Shown: piece by piece, positions 1 to 9,702 of the stretch
Layout of the letters: every line of letters starts with the position of its first letter
Numbering within the stretch: position 1 is the stretch's first letter
Assembly (NCBI GenBank): GCA_963714995.1
Contig: CAVQQP010000003.1
Span: forward strand, 3,425 to 67,424
Direction: 5' to 3'
DNA length: 64,000 bases
Origin: an uncultured Actinomycetes bacterium
GTDB taxonomy: Bacteria > Actinomycetota > Actinomycetes > S36-B12 > CAIYMF01
Position numbers and translations under genes: made by a program
Notes under the pieces: model-generated
What the model was told of the DNA's origin: nothing
Seen by the model: the letters and a program-made list of their open reading frames with translations, nothing else
Database searches by the model: none

Positions 1-563
1 TCCTCTGCATCCCCGCGCGATGCCACTCAAGACGTGGGCCAACCGCCTGGCGTGACCCGCGCGTTTCGCGGCGGGATGCATCTCGAGTGTGCCGTCGACA
101 GGCGCGGCTCGTGGACGGGGGCAGAGCCCGTGGTCACCCGTCCCAGCCGTAGAACCGGCCGAATGCCCCGAGTATGGCCACCAGGCAGAAGAACGTCACG
201 AACGCGGACAGCAGACCGCGACCGGCCGCCCCCGGTCGCCACCCATGCATCACGCAGGACGTTGCCGCTGCGCTCGGTCCCGGAGCAGCAGCCCCACAGC
301 GAGCAGGCCGTAGCCGACGACGACACCGCCCAGACCACAGCGCCGAACGTGGGCCCGATGGCAGCCAGCGCCGCCAAACCCGAACCCACTGCGCAGATGA
401 ACCGCGCTGCCGGGATGCTCTGATCCCTAGGATCCCGGTACCGAGCGGGCACAGCCGCTGGTCGGCCCGCCATCACCCGGCCCTCCCCTCGATGCCCCAG
501 CCCGTCCTCCATTCCAGAATCGCCCTGGGCGCGCGTCGCCCGGAAGGGCCGAACGACACACGC

Positions 564-1637
564 TCAGGCCACCACAGTCCCCCGCAGCACCACCCGCGCG
601 GGCTGGTGGAGCACCCCGAGGTCCGCCAACGGGTCGGCGTCGAACACGACGAAGTCGGCGGGGTCGCCCTCCCCCAGCCCGGCGTTCCATCCGAGCCAGT
701 CACGAGCCCGCCACGACGCCGCACCGAGCGCGTAGTCCGCGGACATGCCGAGTTCGGCCATCGCGATCACCTCACCGGCGATGTTCCCGTGCCGGGCAAC
801 CCCGCCGCCGTCGGTACCGGCATACAGCGCCACGCCGGCGTCGTGCGCAGCCATGATCGTGGCCCGCCGACGCGCGTACAGGTCGGTCATCGTCGCCGAG
901 TAGTCAGGGAACTTCGCCCTGCCGGCCTCCGCGTAATCGGGGAACTTGTCCAGCTGCATCACCGTCGGCACGAGCGCGACACCACGCGCCGCCATCGACT
1001 CGATCAGTCCCTCGGTCAGTCCCGTCCCGTGCTCGATGCAGTCGATGCCGGCGTCGATGAGCCCCGGGAGCACGTCGTGGCCGAAGCAGTGCGCGGTGAC
1101 CCTCGCTCCAAGCTCGTGGGCCACCGCGATGGCCTGCGCGAACACCTCGGCGGGGAAGGACGGCGCGAGATCGCCCTCCTCCCGGGAGATCCAGTCGCCC
1201 ACCAGCTTCACCCAGCCGTCGCCGCGCAGCGCCTCGCGTGCGACGGCAGCGGACAGCTCAGCGGGCTCGACCTCGTCGGCGTAGTTGCGCAGGTAGCGCC
1301 TCGTCCGGGCGATGTGGCGCCCGGCCCGGATCAGCCGGGGCAGGTCCGCCCGCTCGTGCATCCAGGAGGTGTCCAGCGGGGATCCCGCGTCGCGGATCAG
1401 GAGGGCGCCGGCGTCGCGATCGAGGATCGCCTGGGCCTCGGCCTCCTCATCGGTGAGGGCCCCACCCTCGCCGAGACCAAGGTGGCAGTGGGCGTCAACG
1501 AGCCCCGGGACGATCCAGCCCTCGGCCGCCGTCTCCGCGCCGATCGGCCGCTCGTAGGTGATGCGGCCGCCCACCACGTACACATCACGCACCTGCCCAT
1601 CGGGAAGCACGGGTCCGGAGAACCGCAATGCAGTCAT
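564..1637 (-). CDS. amidohydrolase-superfamily metal-dependent hydrolase
   Basis: ORF 564..1685. 'GLVDAHCHLGL' HxH metal motif, 'DCIEHGTG' and 'YAGTDGG' fit the amidohydrolase fold. Start placed at the second Met (MTALRF, cat at 1635-1637). The upstream Met at 1685 is also possible. Confidence 0.8.
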   Translation of the reverse strand: MTALRFSGPVLPDGQVRDVYVVGGRITYERPIGAETAAEGWIVPGLVDAHCHLGLGEGGALTDEEAEAQAILDRDAGALLIRDAGSPLDTSWMHERADLPRLIRAGRHIARTRRYLRNYADEVEPAELSAAVAREALRGDGWVKLVGDWISREEGDLAPSFPAEVFAQAIAVAHELGARVTAHCFGHDVLPGLIDAGIDCIEHGTGLTEGLIESMAARGVALVPTVMQLDKFPDYAEAGRAKFPDYSATMTDLYARRRATIMAAHDAGVALYAGTDGGGVARHGNIAGEVIAMAELGMSADYALGAASWRARDWLGWNAGLGEGDPADFVVFDADPLADLGVLHQPARVVLRGTVVA

Positions 1638-1733
1638 GCACCGGACGTTACTTGGCGGCCGGTCACTCCAATGCCCAGAGGTCATCGACGATCAGCGGGA
1701 TCCTGGTCCCGTCGGCGCCGACGAGGTGCGCGG

Positions 1734-2444
1734 TCAGGATGCGGCGGCGATCAGCAGCTCGGCGACACGCGCGGGCTGTTCGCGGAAGAGCCCGTGGTCG
1801 GCTGCGATCTCGAGGACTTCAGCACCGACTGAGGCAGCCATCACCCGCTGGGTCTCCGGCGGCACCAGGGTGTCGGCGGTCGTCAGGATGTAGGTGCGGC
1901 GGCGGGAGGTCGGCAGTTCCCCGCGCCACTTCTCGCGTAACGCAGCGATGCCCTGCGGACGCTGAGTGCGCTCCAGGTAGGTCCGCACCGCGTCCCGCTC
2001 GGCAGGGTCAGCTGCCGCGACGTACAGGTCGATGTTCAGGGCGCACAGGCCAGGGCCGGAGCTGAGTACCAGTCCGTCGAAGGCGGCGAATCCGGCCTCT
2101 TCGCCGGCCTCGAACGGGTCGCCGCCGGCGAAGAGGTCGAGCACGGAGGATCCATCCCGCGGGATCCACGCCGCGACGTAGACCACCGGCACGTCGGGGT
2201 GGTCCACGGCGATCCTGGAGGCGGTGAAGCCTCCGAACGAGTAGCCGACCAGCACGACGTGTCTCAGGTCATCGGGGAGCACGGCGCGCACGGCATTGGC
2301 GTACTCCTCCAAGCTCGCGTCAGGGCTCCCACACGGCAGGTCAACGACGATCACGTCGTGGCCAGCCGAACCCAACGGCTCGATCACAGGCTCCAGGGTC
2401 GCGGGTGTATCCCATGCGCCCGGAACGATGACGAACGTGGCCAT
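1734..2444 (-). CDS. alpha/beta hydrolase
   Basis: Within ORF 1734..2618. 'MATFVIVPGAWD' start and nucleophile elbow 'VGYSFGG'. ATG at 2442-2444 is preceded by GAGGAGGA (revcomp of 2451-2459). The upstream 58 codons are R/S-rich and look non-coding. Confidence 0.75.
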   Translation of the reverse strand: MATFVIVPGAWDTPATLEPVIEPLGSAGHDVIVVDLPCGSPDASLEEYANAVRAVLPDDLRHVVLVGYSFGGFTASRIAVDHPDVPVVYVAAWIPRDGSSVLDLFAGGDPFEAGEEAGFAAFDGLVLSSGPGLCALNIDLYVAAADPAERDAVRTYLERTQRPQGIAALREKWRGELPTSRRRTYILTTADTLVPPETQRVMAASVGAEVLEIAADHGLFREQPARVAELLIAAAS

Positions 2445-2649
2445 CAGCAGATCCTCCTCGGGCACAGCGCCGCTCGGTGCTGGGCTCGCAGGTGAGCCTG
2501 CGCGCCCCTTCGCCGCTGACGATCGCGTCGAAGCGAAAAGCATCGCTGATCTGGTTGGGCGTGTCCATGAGTTGTCGGAGGGGCCGCTCCGGGATGGACG
2601 GCGGATCGCCTTCGTCACTGCCGGTCCGCGACGTCCTCCACCGGGCCGA

Positions 2650-3459
2650 TCAGGTACGAAACAGGGCGTCCACGTTGGGGAGCTGCTCGAACCGGGCGAA
2701 CGTTCCCGTCCCGGCGATCTCCCGTGCGGACTCCAAGAAGCCCGCCCATGCGGTGCGTGCCAGGGTCCCCCCGACGCTGATCCGCCGGACTCCCAGATCA
2801 GCCGCCTGCGCGACGGTCATGAACGGGGCGTTGATCAGCAGGTTCACCGGCTTGGGTGACACGGCGTCGACAATCGCGGCGACCTGCTCGACTGTGTCGA
2901 TCCGCGGAGCGTAGAGGCAGTCTGCCCCTGCTTCGGCGTACGCGCACAGCCGTCGGATCGTCTCATCGAGGTCGGGCCGGCCAACGACGAACCCCTCGGA
3001 GCGGCCGGTGAGAAGGATGCCCGTACCACTCTCGTCGATCGCGCGTCGAGCGGCCCGAACACGCTCGACGGCGAGATCGAACCGATACAGCGGGTCAGCC
3101 TCATCGCCGCTGGCGTCTTCGATGGACAGCCCGGCGATCCCCGTGGCCGCAGCACGTGTGACGTTGTCGGCGACGTGCTGGGGGTCGACGGCGAACCCAC
3201 CCTCGAAGTCCGCGCTCACGGGCACGTTCACGGCAACCGCGATCGCGCGCAGATGTGCCAAGGCCTCCTCGAGGGTGGCGGCGCGATTATCGGCACGACC
3301 CAACGTCCAGGCGAAGCCTGCGCTGGTCGTCGCCAGGGCCCGGAATCCGAGCCGTTCAAGGGCCCGCGCGCTGCCCGCATCCCACGGATTGGGCATCACG
3401 AAGCAGCCAGACGAGTGCAGGCGATGAAACTCAGCGACCCGATCTTCCTGCACGGTCAT
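2650..3459 (-). CDS. isocitrate lyase / PEP mutase family protein (2-methylisocitrate lyase or phosphorylmutase-like)
   Basis: 'FVMPNPWDAGSARALERLGFRALATTSAGFA' and 'GLSIEDA' are family hallmarks. Start at MTVQEDR (cat 3457-3459). Confidence 0.8.
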   Translation of the reverse strand: MTVQEDRVAEFHRLHSSGCFVMPNPWDAGSARALERLGFRALATTSAGFAWTLGRADNRAATLEEALAHLRAIAVAVNVPVSADFEGGFAVDPQHVADNVTRAAATGIAGLSIEDASGDEADPLYRFDLAVERVRAARRAIDESGTGILLTGRSEGFVVGRPDLDETIRRLCAYAEAGADCLYAPRIDTVEQVAAIVDAVSPKPVNLLINAPFMTVAQAADLGVRRISVGGTLARTAWAGFLESAREIAGTGTFARFEQLPNVDALFRT

Positions 3460-3846
3460 GCCACACCTCATCGTGTTGAGCCGTCTCTGCCGGGCGTGGC
3501 CGCCTACAACCGTCGCGCCGTGCGTGTTCGGGTCGCTGACCGGGTCCTGGCGCGGCCGATGAGGCTGCCTCACGCTCCCTCATCCAGACACCATAGCCCC
3601 GAGCACGCGCGCGTGGATAGGACAGACTTACCTGAGGCTTGACGGCCCTCGTCTGCCCGTGGTGCAGGCCGGTCGGGTTGCCCAGCGGGTCGGCGTCAGC
3701 GACCGCCACGGCGGATCCGAACACCAGGATGACGCCCTTGTGCTGGGGCACGGCAGCTACGTAGGTGGACCGCTCCCGGGGCCGCCACCCCGAGGTCGGG
3801 TGGATCAGCACTTGCACCGCGAGCGTCGTGGCTGTGGACTGGCAGC

Positions 3847-4107
3847 ATGCCCACGATCACCCAGGTCAAGGACCGCACGACCGGCAGCTGCACCGGCATG
3901 ACCCTGGCGGCGCTCGAAGTCCTCGCCGTCGACGGGGAGCGGACCCACGAGTATCGGATCCGCGAATGGGCCTACAAGGGCGTGTGGCAACTCCAGGAGC
4001 TCAAGGACGGCGCCACCGGCATGACCGACACCGACTACATCGACCTCGGCGAATTCCCGACCCAGGAATCGGCCCTGGCTCACATCGAGCGGCCCACACA
4101 GCCATAG
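3847..4107 (+). CDS. hypothetical small protein (86 aa)
   Basis: Clean GC3-rich codon usage over the whole ORF. No recognisable motif. Confidence 0.5.
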   Translation: MPTITQVKDRTTGSCTGMTLAALEVLAVDGERTHEYRIREWAYKGVWQLQELKDGATGMTDTDYIDLGEFPTQESALAHIERPTQP

Positions 4108-4143
4108 GCATCACTCGCATCGGCAGTGCCGCGGCGTGCACGA

Positions 4144-4629
4144 CTACCCGGCGGCCTGTTCGCTGAGCCAGTCGCGCAGGCTCGGAATGTCGAACCCGCT
4201 GAGGGCCCCGGTCTCCTTGAGGCTGGACAGGCTGGTGTCGGTGGACGTGTCCGCCGGGATGCCGAAGCGCTCGTACAGAGCTGACTTGCTCACGGGGAAG
4301 GCATCGAGCACCTGCTGGATCGTCATCCAGCCCTTGACATCGTCCGGGACTGCGCCCGCCGCGGGTGCCACATGCTCACCTGACTCGGTGCCCTGGCCCG
4401 TGGCGGAGCCTTGCGCCTCGGCGGCACTGAGCGATGCGCCCCGACCGGTCGTGGCGAACCAGCCGAGGTCACGGGCCAGGAGGATGCTCCCGGCGAAGAC
4501 CGCGACGATGACCAGCGCGTACGCCCAGTTCGGGACCTTCGCGCTGCGCAGCCGTGGCGTCGTGGGCGCGGGGTGGGCACTGCGCGGGATGCGCAGCATC
4601 GGGATCGCGGTGATCTGCTGATCGGTCAT
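4144..4629 (-). CDS. hypothetical single-pass membrane protein
   Basis: One hydrophobic helix 'WAYALVIVAVFAGSILLA'. Its start overlaps the stop of the upstream 4Fe-4S gene (ATGA at 4626-4629), suggesting translational coupling. Confidence 0.55.
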   Translation of the reverse strand: MTDQQITAIPMLRIPRSAHPAPTTPRLRSAKVPNWAYALVIVAVFAGSILLARDLGWFATTGRGASLSAAEAQGSATGQGTESGEHVAPAAGAVPDDVKGWMTIQQVLDAFPVSKSALYERFGIPADTSTDTSLSSLKETGALSGFDIPSLRDWLSEQAAG

Positions 4630-5576
4630 CGCAGGGCTCCTTCAGGCGCTCCGGTCGTCGTGGTGGCCATGGTGACGGCATCATCGTCGACGGTGGGTGG
4701 CACAGCCCGCACCGATGGGAAGGGCAGGCTCACGGTGACAGCGAGCGCGTCACGGCTGGGGCAGGCCGCCACACACTCGAGGCACCCGATGCATTGCGCA
4801 TCCGTGACGCGGGTGACGGAGTTGACCTGCAGCCCCATGGGGCAGGCGCGGTTGCACAGGTCGCAGCCGAGGCAGGCTGAGGCGTCGCGCTGCACGGCGA
4901 CGGGGCTGGCCTTTCCAACGATTCCGATGACCGCTCCGAGGGGGCAGGCGTACCGGCAGAAGGGACGCTCGATGACCAGTGCCATCACCAGCATGATGAC
5001 GAGGACGACGAACGCGGTGGTCAGCTCGAACTCCACCACGGACAGCAGCGCGCTCCACGGGTCGTACTCGCGGAAGACCATGACACCGGTGACTGCGGCC
5101 CCACCCACGGCCCAGACGAGCACCACGTAGCGGCCGTAGCGGGCGATGTGGTCGACCCGGGCCAGCCAGGTGGCGTTGGTTGAGATCCGCCGGCGTGAGC
5201 GGCGCAGCGGGGGGATGCGGTTGGCCACCGCGTCCCCGATGCCGTGAACAGCCTCCTGGATCGCACCGAGCGGGCAGAGCCATCCGCAGAACGCCCCGCG
5301 GGCTGCCAGCGTCAGGAGCACGACGGCTCCGGCCAGGGCGAGGTTCGCTGTGTGGACGTGGGACACGGTGCGCCCGGTCGTCACCCAGGTGAAGAGCGTC
5401 TCGAAGCCCCCGAACGGGCAGAAGGCCTCACCGGAGGGCGCACCAGGGGCACCCGTTGCCTTGGCCCAGACGGTGTAGGCGATGAACGCCACGACCACGG
5501 TCTGCATCGCGTGCCGCGTCCAGCGGATTCCACGGATCGATCCGGGGCTGCGCCGGGGCACCATTCGCACGGACAT
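4626..5576 (-). CDS. NapH/MauN-like polytopic 4Fe-4S binding membrane protein
   Basis: Motifs 'CPFGGFE', 'CGWLCPLGAIQE', 'FCRYACPLG', 'CLGCDLCNRACP', 'CIGCLECVAACP' plus several hydrophobic helices. Start chosen at MSVRM, 6 nt after AGGAGGA (revcomp of 5583-5590). Confidence 0.8.
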   Translation of the reverse strand: MSVRMVPRRSPGSIRGIRWTRHAMQTVVVAFIAYTVWAKATGAPGAPSGEAFCPFGGFETLFTWVTTGRTVSHVHTANLALAGAVVLLTLAARGAFCGWLCPLGAIQEAVHGIGDAVANRIPPLRRSRRRISTNATWLARVDHIARYGRYVVLVWAVGGAAVTGVMVFREYDPWSALLSVVEFELTTAFVVLVIMLVMALVIERPFCRYACPLGAVIGIVGKASPVAVQRDASACLGCDLCNRACPMGLQVNSVTRVTDAQCIGCLECVAACPSRDALAVTVSLPFPSVRAVPPTVDDDAVTMATTTTGAPEGALR

Positions 5577-5986
5577 CGTCATTCCTCCTGCAGCGTTCGA
5601 TCGTGGGCTGGCCACCCGTCATCGTGCCGATCGTGGGTGCAGGTCAGGGGGACGGTTCCGGGCGGTTGTCTGCAGATCAGGTCAGGCGCTGGTAAGGCGC
5701 TGTCACGGTCGCACGGTCAGGCGCTGCGCAGAAACGTGCGACCTCGGACTCGCCGGGCATGGACACGCCCCGCGGGACTGGGGTTGGACCAGGTTCGCGC
5801 GGGGCTGCGTCGTTGACGCTAGCGTTGAGACGGTCATGGGTGGGTGTTGTGGCTGTCAAGATCCGGTAACGCGCACCGGGCGACGGACGAGGGGGTGCGT
5901 GCCGAGAAACGGGGCTGCCCCCCGCTAGTGCAGGTCCACGGACGAGGGGGCCCAACAGGTGTCGGCGTGGCGGGAGAATCAGGCGC

Positions 5987-6778
5987 ATGGATCGACATGC
6001 GGCAGCCCGGATCGTCGTCGAGATCAGTGACCCCGCCATGCTCGCCCTTCAAGTCGCACTGGCGCAGGGCCACGTGGTGAGCGAATCCCTCGAGGTGAGC
6101 ATTGCCGGCCGAGGCGTGCGCGGGCGTTGGGTGGGCGCGGAGCACGGCACTCGGATCCACGTCGTCGATGCGAGGCCCGGGATCATGGTGCTGGACTACT
6201 CGGCCCGGGTGTCAGGCCCGTGCACCCCGTCGGTCACGACCGAGGCGGACCTGCTGCGCTACTTGCGACCGAGCCGGTACTGCGAGTCCGACTCGCTGGC
6301 CCCCACCGCCCGCGCAGAGTTCGGTGGGCTCGCGGGTGCGGACCTCCTCGCCGCAGTCAGCTCCTGGGTGGGGACCCGCCTGACCTATGTCCCGGGCTCG
6401 AGCCTGCCCACCGACGGGGCCGTGCGCACCCTGCTCGCGCGTCAGGGAGTGTGTCGCGACTACGCGCACCTGGTCGTGGCCCTGCTTCGGGCGCTGCATG
6501 TGCCCGCGCGAGTGGCCGCCGTCTACGCGCCCGGTCTGGACCCGATGGACTTCCACGCGGTGGCCGAGGCCTACGTCGAGGGGGACTGGTACGTCGTCGA
6601 TGCGACCACGCTGGCCCCGCGCGGGACCCTGTTGCGCATCGCCACCGGACGCGACGCCTCCGACACCGCGTTCCTCAGCGCCTACGGCGGCGTCGCCACC
6701 CTGCTGGAGCTCGAGGTCTCCGCTGTCGCGGACACGCTGCCCGGCGACGATGTGCGGGACCTGGCACGTCTCTCCTGA
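5987..6778 (+). CDS. transglutaminase-like family protein
   Basis: Core 'GVCRDYAHLVVALLRALHVPARVAAVY...FHAVAEAYVEGDWYVVDAT' carries a Cys-His-Asp arrangement. Confidence 0.8.
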   Translation: MDRHAAARIVVEISDPAMLALQVALAQGHVVSESLEVSIAGRGVRGRWVGAEHGTRIHVVDARPGIMVLDYSARVSGPCTPSVTTEADLLRYLRPSRYCESDSLAPTARAEFGGLAGADLLAAVSSWVGTRLTYVPGSSLPTDGAVRTLLARQGVCRDYAHLVVALLRALHVPARVAAVYAPGLDPMDFHAVAEAYVEGDWYVVDATTLAPRGTLLRIATGRDASDTAFLSAYGGVATLLELEVSAVADTLPGDDVRDLARLS

Positions 6779-6947
6779 TGGGTGCCGCCCGCCGGCCCGG
6801 ATCTCGCCGAAGGGCTGACCGGTCAGGTACCCACCGCTGACCGACCGGGTCAGGGATCCCATCCAGCCCGCTGGATCCCGGATGGCTTCAGGCTGCCGGA
6901 TACCTTGGCACCATGAGCGAGGAACAGGCCACCGGCAGGGGGATCCG

Positions 6948-7973
6948 GTGACGCCCGGGTCCGCCCTCAAGGGCGTCCTCGCGGTCGGGGCAGCTGCCGG
7001 CGCTGCGATGGCCGCCCGGGTGGTGCTGGAACGACGACGGTTGATGGGCCCGGTCCTGCCCGAGCTGCGTCATCCGCTGCTCCTCGTGCCGGTGCACTTC
7101 GGACCGATGACGCTGCGACTGATCCGCAAGGCACCGATCCCCCCCGGGGCCATCGCGCCCGGGATCGACGTCGAGCGGCGCACCATCCCCGCTGGTGAGA
7201 ACCACCCCGAGGTCGCGGTGTTCGTCTACGACCGACCCACCCGGCCCCGCCCGTCCGGGGCCTTGCTCTGGATCCACGGCGGCGGGTACGTCATGGGGCA
7301 TCCCGTGACCTACCACGAGCTGTGCAGCCGGTTCGCCGATGACCTGGGCATCGTGGTCGTCAGCGTCGACTACCGCCTGGCCCCGGAGCACCCCTTCCCG
7401 GCCGGGCTCGAGGACTGCTACGCCGCGCTGCGATGGGTGCATGACCATGCGGACGAGCTGGGTGTGGACCGGGACCGGATCGCTGTCGGCGGGGACAGCG
7501 CCGGCGGCGGCCTGGCCGCTTCCCTGGCCCAACTCGCCCTTGACCGGGGAGAGGTTCCGGTGTGCTTCCAGCTGTTGGTCTACCCGATGCTCGACGACCG
7601 GACCGCCTCGCGCACTGATCATGCAGGCACGGGCTCGTTCGTCTGGACCCCGACCAGCAATGCGTTCGGGTGGACGTCCTACCTCGGGCACCCGCCCCGT
7701 GACGATGAGGACCGGCCGTACGCGGTCCCAGCGCGGCGTGCGGACTTGACCGGCCTTCCCCCAGCCTGGATCGGCGTCGGGGACCTGGACCTGTTCCACG
7801 CCGAGGACCTCGCCTACGCCGAGCGCCTCCAGGCCGCCGGGGTCCCCTGCCAGGTCGAGGTCGTCGCGGGCATGTTCCACGGGGCAGACGCCTTGTTCCG
7901 CACGTCCCCAGCGATGAACGCGTTCCGGGCCGCGCGCAGGGACGCGCTCAGCGCCGCCCTCAGAGGCACCTGA
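6948..7973 (+). CDS. alpha/beta hydrolase fold-3 esterase/lipase (HSL family)
   Basis: Oxyanion 'WIHGGGYVMG', nucleophile 'GGDSAGGGLA', 'VEVVAGMFHG'. GTG at 6948 follows GGGGGA. The ORF track starts at 6882, so the start is uncertain. Confidence 0.8.
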   Translation: MTPGSALKGVLAVGAAAGAAMAARVVLERRRLMGPVLPELRHPLLLVPVHFGPMTLRLIRKAPIPPGAIAPGIDVERRTIPAGENHPEVAVFVYDRPTRPRPSGALLWIHGGGYVMGHPVTYHELCSRFADDLGIVVVSVDYRLAPEHPFPAGLEDCYAALRWVHDHADELGVDRDRIAVGGDSAGGGLAASLAQLALDRGEVPVCFQLLVYPMLDDRTASRTDHAGTGSFVWTPTSNAFGWTSYLGHPPRDDEDRPYAVPARRADLTGLPPAWIGVGDLDLFHAEDLAYAERLQAAGVPCQVEVVAGMFHGADALFRTSPAMNAFRAARRDALSAALRGT

Positions 7974-8046
7974 CCTGGTGGCCCGCGTCGCCCAGTCGAG
8001 GTGACCTGCGAGCGAGCCGTTGTCACAGACGCGGGCGCCGGGTCTG

Positions 8047-8409
8047 TCAGTAGGTGGGGGCGGTCCGGCGCAGCAGGGCGTGGATCCGGGCCCGCAGCTC
8101 GGCGATCGCGAACGGCTTGGTCAGGTAGTCGTCGGCGCCGGCCTCGAGCCCGACGACCTTCTCGACCTCAGCGGCCCGGGCGGTGACCATGATGATCGGC
8201 ACGTTCGAGGTGCGCCGGATGGTGCGGCAGACCTCGAGCCCGTTGAGCCCGGGGAGCATCAGGTCCAGCAGGATCAGGTCCGGTTCCAGGGTCTGGAACG
8301 CGCGGAGGCCGGCCGGGCCGGTGTGCGCGATGACCACGTCGAAGCCGTCGCCGCGCAGCAGGTAGGCGATGGTCTCGGCGATGCTCGGCTCGTCCTCGAC
8401 GATCAGCAC
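8047..8409 (-). CDS. receiver-domain-only response regulator (OmpR-type REC, no output domain)
   Basis: 'VLIVEDEPSIAE...DLILLDLMLPGLNG...IIMVTA...GADDYLTKPF...ELRARIHALLRR' then a stop. Only about 70 nt remain before the next gene. The N-terminal 145 aa of ORF 8047..8850 are R/P-rich junk. GTG at 8407-8409 is the first in-frame start. Confidence 0.7.
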   Translation of the reverse strand: MLIVEDEPSIAETIAYLLRGDGFDVVIAHTGPAGLRAFQTLEPDLILLDLMLPGLNGLEVCRTIRRTSNVPIIMVTARAAEVEKVVGLEAGADDYLTKPFAIAELRARIHALLRRTAPTY

Positions 8410-8480
8410 AGTGGTGCGACCCGGCGACGGCCGGCGGGCCGGGCCCTCCCGCGGCGTTGGGGGGGTGGGTGGGCACCGGG

Positions 8481-9323
8481 TCACATCCCGTCGGAGATGT
8501 CGCCCGGGTCCCGGGAGGTGGCGGGTGTGGCGGTGTTCGCTGAGACGATGATGTCCACCGCTTCGCGCGGGTCGTCGGTGACGTGGACGAGGTCGAGGTC
8601 GCGCATCGAGATCCGCCCGGTGGTGGCCATGGTCGACCACAGCCACGCGAGCAGGCCCGACCAGTACTCGCGGCCCATCAGGACGACCGGGAAGCCGGTG
8701 ACCTTGGAGGTCTGGACGAGGGTGAGTGCCTCGAAGAGCTCGTCGAGGGTGCCGAACCCGCCGGGCAGGACCACGAAGCCCTGGGAGTACTTGACGAACA
8801 TGGTCTTGCGGGCGAAGAAGTAGCGGAAGTTGATGCCGAGGTCGACCCATTCGTTGAGGCCCTGCTCGAAGGGCAGCTCGATGCCCAGGCCGATGGACAC
8901 GCCGCCGGCCTGGCAGGCGCCCTTGTTGCCGGCTTCCATGATCCCCGGCCCGCCGCCGGTGATCACCGCGTAGCCGGCGTCGGCGAGCCGCGCTGCGACC
9001 TGTTCAGCCAGGGCGTAGTGCGGGTCGGAGGGCTCGGTCCGGGCGGACCCGAAGATGCTCACGGCGGGACCGATGGCGGCCAGCGCACCGAACCCCTCGA
9101 CGAACTCGGCCTGGATGCGCAGCACCCGCCACGGGTCGGTGTGCACCCAGTCGCCGGAGTCGTGGGTGTCCAGCAGCCGCTGGTCGGTGGTGGTGGCCTG
9201 GACCTGGCCGCGGCGCAGCAGGACCGGGCCCTTGTGCTTGGTCACACCGGCATCCCGCGGTCGCTGCTGCGGGTCGGGTCCTCGGCGTTGGTCGGGGATG
9301 ATCTCTATGGTCATGCCCTGCAC
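8481..9323 (-). CDS. LOG family (TIGR00730) nucleotide phosphoribohydrolase
   Basis: 'VITGGGPGIMEAGNKGA' and 'VVLPGGFGTLDELFEALTLVQT' (PGGxGTxxE motif). Confidence 0.85.
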   Translation of the reverse strand: MQGMTIEIIPDQRRGPDPQQRPRDAGVTKHKGPVLLRRGQVQATTTDQRLLDTHDSGDWVHTDPWRVLRIQAEFVEGFGALAAIGPAVSIFGSARTEPSDPHYALAEQVAARLADAGYAVITGGGPGIMEAGNKGACQAGGVSIGLGIELPFEQGLNEWVDLGINFRYFFARKTMFVKYSQGFVVLPGGFGTLDELFEALTLVQTSKVTGFPVVLMGREYWSGLLAWLWSTMATTGRISMRDLDLVHVTDDPREAVDIIVSANTATPATSRDPGDISDGM

Positions 9324-9487
9324 GGTAGGTTCGCCCGGCAGACCTGCGGGGGTCCGGCGGAGGTCGTGTTGGCCAACCCTGGGCGAAGTCCTGGCGACCG
9401 AGGGCCCTCCCGGGCCTGTTGAGCACCCAGCCGGGCGTTCCGCGTCACGTCACTACCTGTTCATCTTCGACCCGTATGGTGCGCACC

Positions 9488-9685
9488 ATGGCTGAGTCAG
9501 GCAAGGCGGACAAGCTCTACAGCGACTGGCGTGCGGCGGAAGCCCAGTACGCCGAGGTGCTGGCCGCGTTCGGTGGTGACGGCCCGCCGGCGAAGGTCAA
9601 GAAGGAGTCCGCCCTGGTCCTGTCCAAGGCGCGCAACAAGGCCGACCAGGCGCGGGACAAGTACTTCAAGCGGGTGCTGAAGTAA
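9488..9685 (+). CDS. hypothetical small charged protein (65 aa)
   Basis: MAESGKADKLY...KYFKRVLK. Coding-like codon usage. Start is one of two nearby Met codons. Confidence 0.45.
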   Translation: MAESGKADKLYSDWRAAEAQYAEVLAAFGGDGPPAKVKKESALVLSKARNKADQARDKYFKRVLK

Positions 9686-9702
9686 CCGACCCGCAAGGGC
9701 AG

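Noticed and set aside
174-1832. 552-aa ORF on the plus strand overlapping the amidohydrolase gene
   Set aside because: R/P/G-rich translation with no motifs, lying antisense to a well-supported gene. It is a typical shadow ORF of GC-rich DNA.
8410-8850. N-terminal extension of the response-regulator ORF (267 aa total)
   Set aside because: It has an R/P/H-rich low-complexity translation and overlaps the LOG gene 3' end in another frame. The receiver domain begins only at about 8415.
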